Shown here: piece by piece, positions 62,975 to 64,000 of the stretch
How the letters are laid out: every line of letters begins with the position of its first letter
Numbering within the stretch: the stretch's first letter is position 1
NCBI GenBank assembly: GCA_964304625.1
Contig: OZ199838.1
Coordinates: 13,537,945 to 13,601,944, forward strand
DNA: 64,000 nucleotides
DNA from: Kudoa neothunni
Taxonomy: Eukaryota; Animalia; Cnidaria
Direction of reading: 5' to 3'
Translations under genes and position numbers: made by a program
The notes under the pieces: generated by a model
What the model was told of the DNA's origin: nothing
Seen by the model: only the letters and a program-made list of their open reading frames with translations
The model's database searches: none

Positions 62975-63950
62975 TAACCTTCAAAAGCATACAAATTTTA
63001 ATAATTTTTAAATTTACATCATTTTTACATTCATTGAAAAGCGTCTGGCAGGTATTATTTATTGGAGCTAACGTTCAGATTTTATTCAGCTATGTTATTG
63101 CACTTTTTAAACGTCGATTTTGCAATTGACTTGAATAATACTTCAGAATAGTATAATATAATTCATTTTTTAGTTTATATATTATTTTCATATGCCTTAA
63201 TACTAAGTCTAGCCAGTTAATCGAAATAATATATTAAAGTATTAAAATGCATGATGGAATCAAGAAACATATGAATGAAAATACATTATAGGCAAATAAT
63301 TATGCCATGAATAATTTAATTTTAAATTATATTTTCGCAATATTTTGTAATGTTTCACATTATTTTGGGATATTGTTTATGAAGGCGTTAATTGACCAGG
63401 ATTCTTTTACGTATCAAATTTCCATTTAAACAATATGGCCATTGCCAATTTATTTTTCTCGGTTGCTCTTATTGCGCCACCTTAGATATAGATATTCGTC
63501 AACTCCAACTATTTTATTAGCTCAACCCCAATTCTCTCTTCGTTGAAACATTCCACAGCCAATATTTTCCAATATTAAGAACTAAACGATCAATATTTTT
63601 TCTAAAATTTATGTTAGTGCTGTCAATATACATCTGTATTCTTCAATACATCAAATAGAGATTAATTAAATAAGTGAGATACTGTCAATTTCGTCTGAAA
63701 ATAAATATTAAAATTAATTTAAACATATGTATGTGTATTTTTCCATCTCATTTTTAAATAAATCAGTCTAAGTATTGTTGTTGCCTTTTTATTACATGCA
63801 GACATAGTGTTGTATCTGAAATAATTTCCCCATACATCAGCGTTTTTCTCTATCCTTTACCAGATAGGTAAACAAATAATGTATTCATGAGGAACAAAAT
63901 GCGGTAAAATTGAAGCTGAGTTATAAAGTCCGCCATGATGATAGAGTTAT
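62975..63950 (-). mobile_element. Heavily decayed piggyBac-like remnant
   Basis: TTAACCTTC end at about 62975. Minus-strand fragments resemble GVDE and W-WP-L-NG...INAF motifs at about 63380-63510. Confidence 0.35.
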
Positions 63951-64000
63951 ATTGAAACAGATTAACGTAATGATGTATAAATTTATCATTATAAATCTTT

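Noticed and set aside
1-64000. CRISPR arrays, operons, rRNA or prokaryotic defence systems
   Set aside because: The sequence is intron-containing eukaryotic DNA; no regularly spaced repeat-spacer array or rRNA-like segment is seen.

Overview
This is AT-rich eukaryotic genomic DNA with mostly 40-60 nt GT-AG introns and the standard genetic code. The genes are metazoan-type but strongly diverged (TAF1 with a fused double bromodomain, an H-NOX/PAS/cyclase soluble guanylate cyclase, SIN1). That pattern suggests a fast-evolving compact animal genome such as a myxozoan-like parasite; this is inference only. Spliced genes read from the sequence: annexin (-), a Pro/Tyr/Gly-rich orphan (+), RPS4 (-), RRM2 (+), NDUFA12 (+), SIN1/MAPKAP1 (-), PrimPol (-), TAF1 (+), RPS16 (-) and a soluble guanylate cyclase subunit (-). 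Intergenic DNA and the few long introns are filled with transposon relics: piggyBac, IS630-Tc1 DD34E, pogo/Tigger, hAT, two Merlin/IS1595 elements nested in a piggyBac shell, a 152-bp solo LTR with an internal empty-site control, and tRNA-like SINE heads. The most interesting observations are a tail-less annexin core lying head-to-head with a gene that resembles the annexin A7/A11 low-complexity tail (possible gene fission), a hAT end resembling horizontally transferred vertebrate hATs, a heme-less sGC subunit, TAF1 lacking its zinc knuckle, and mosaic identity between two piggyBac copies flanking RPS4. All homology calls are from motif recognition, not database searches.
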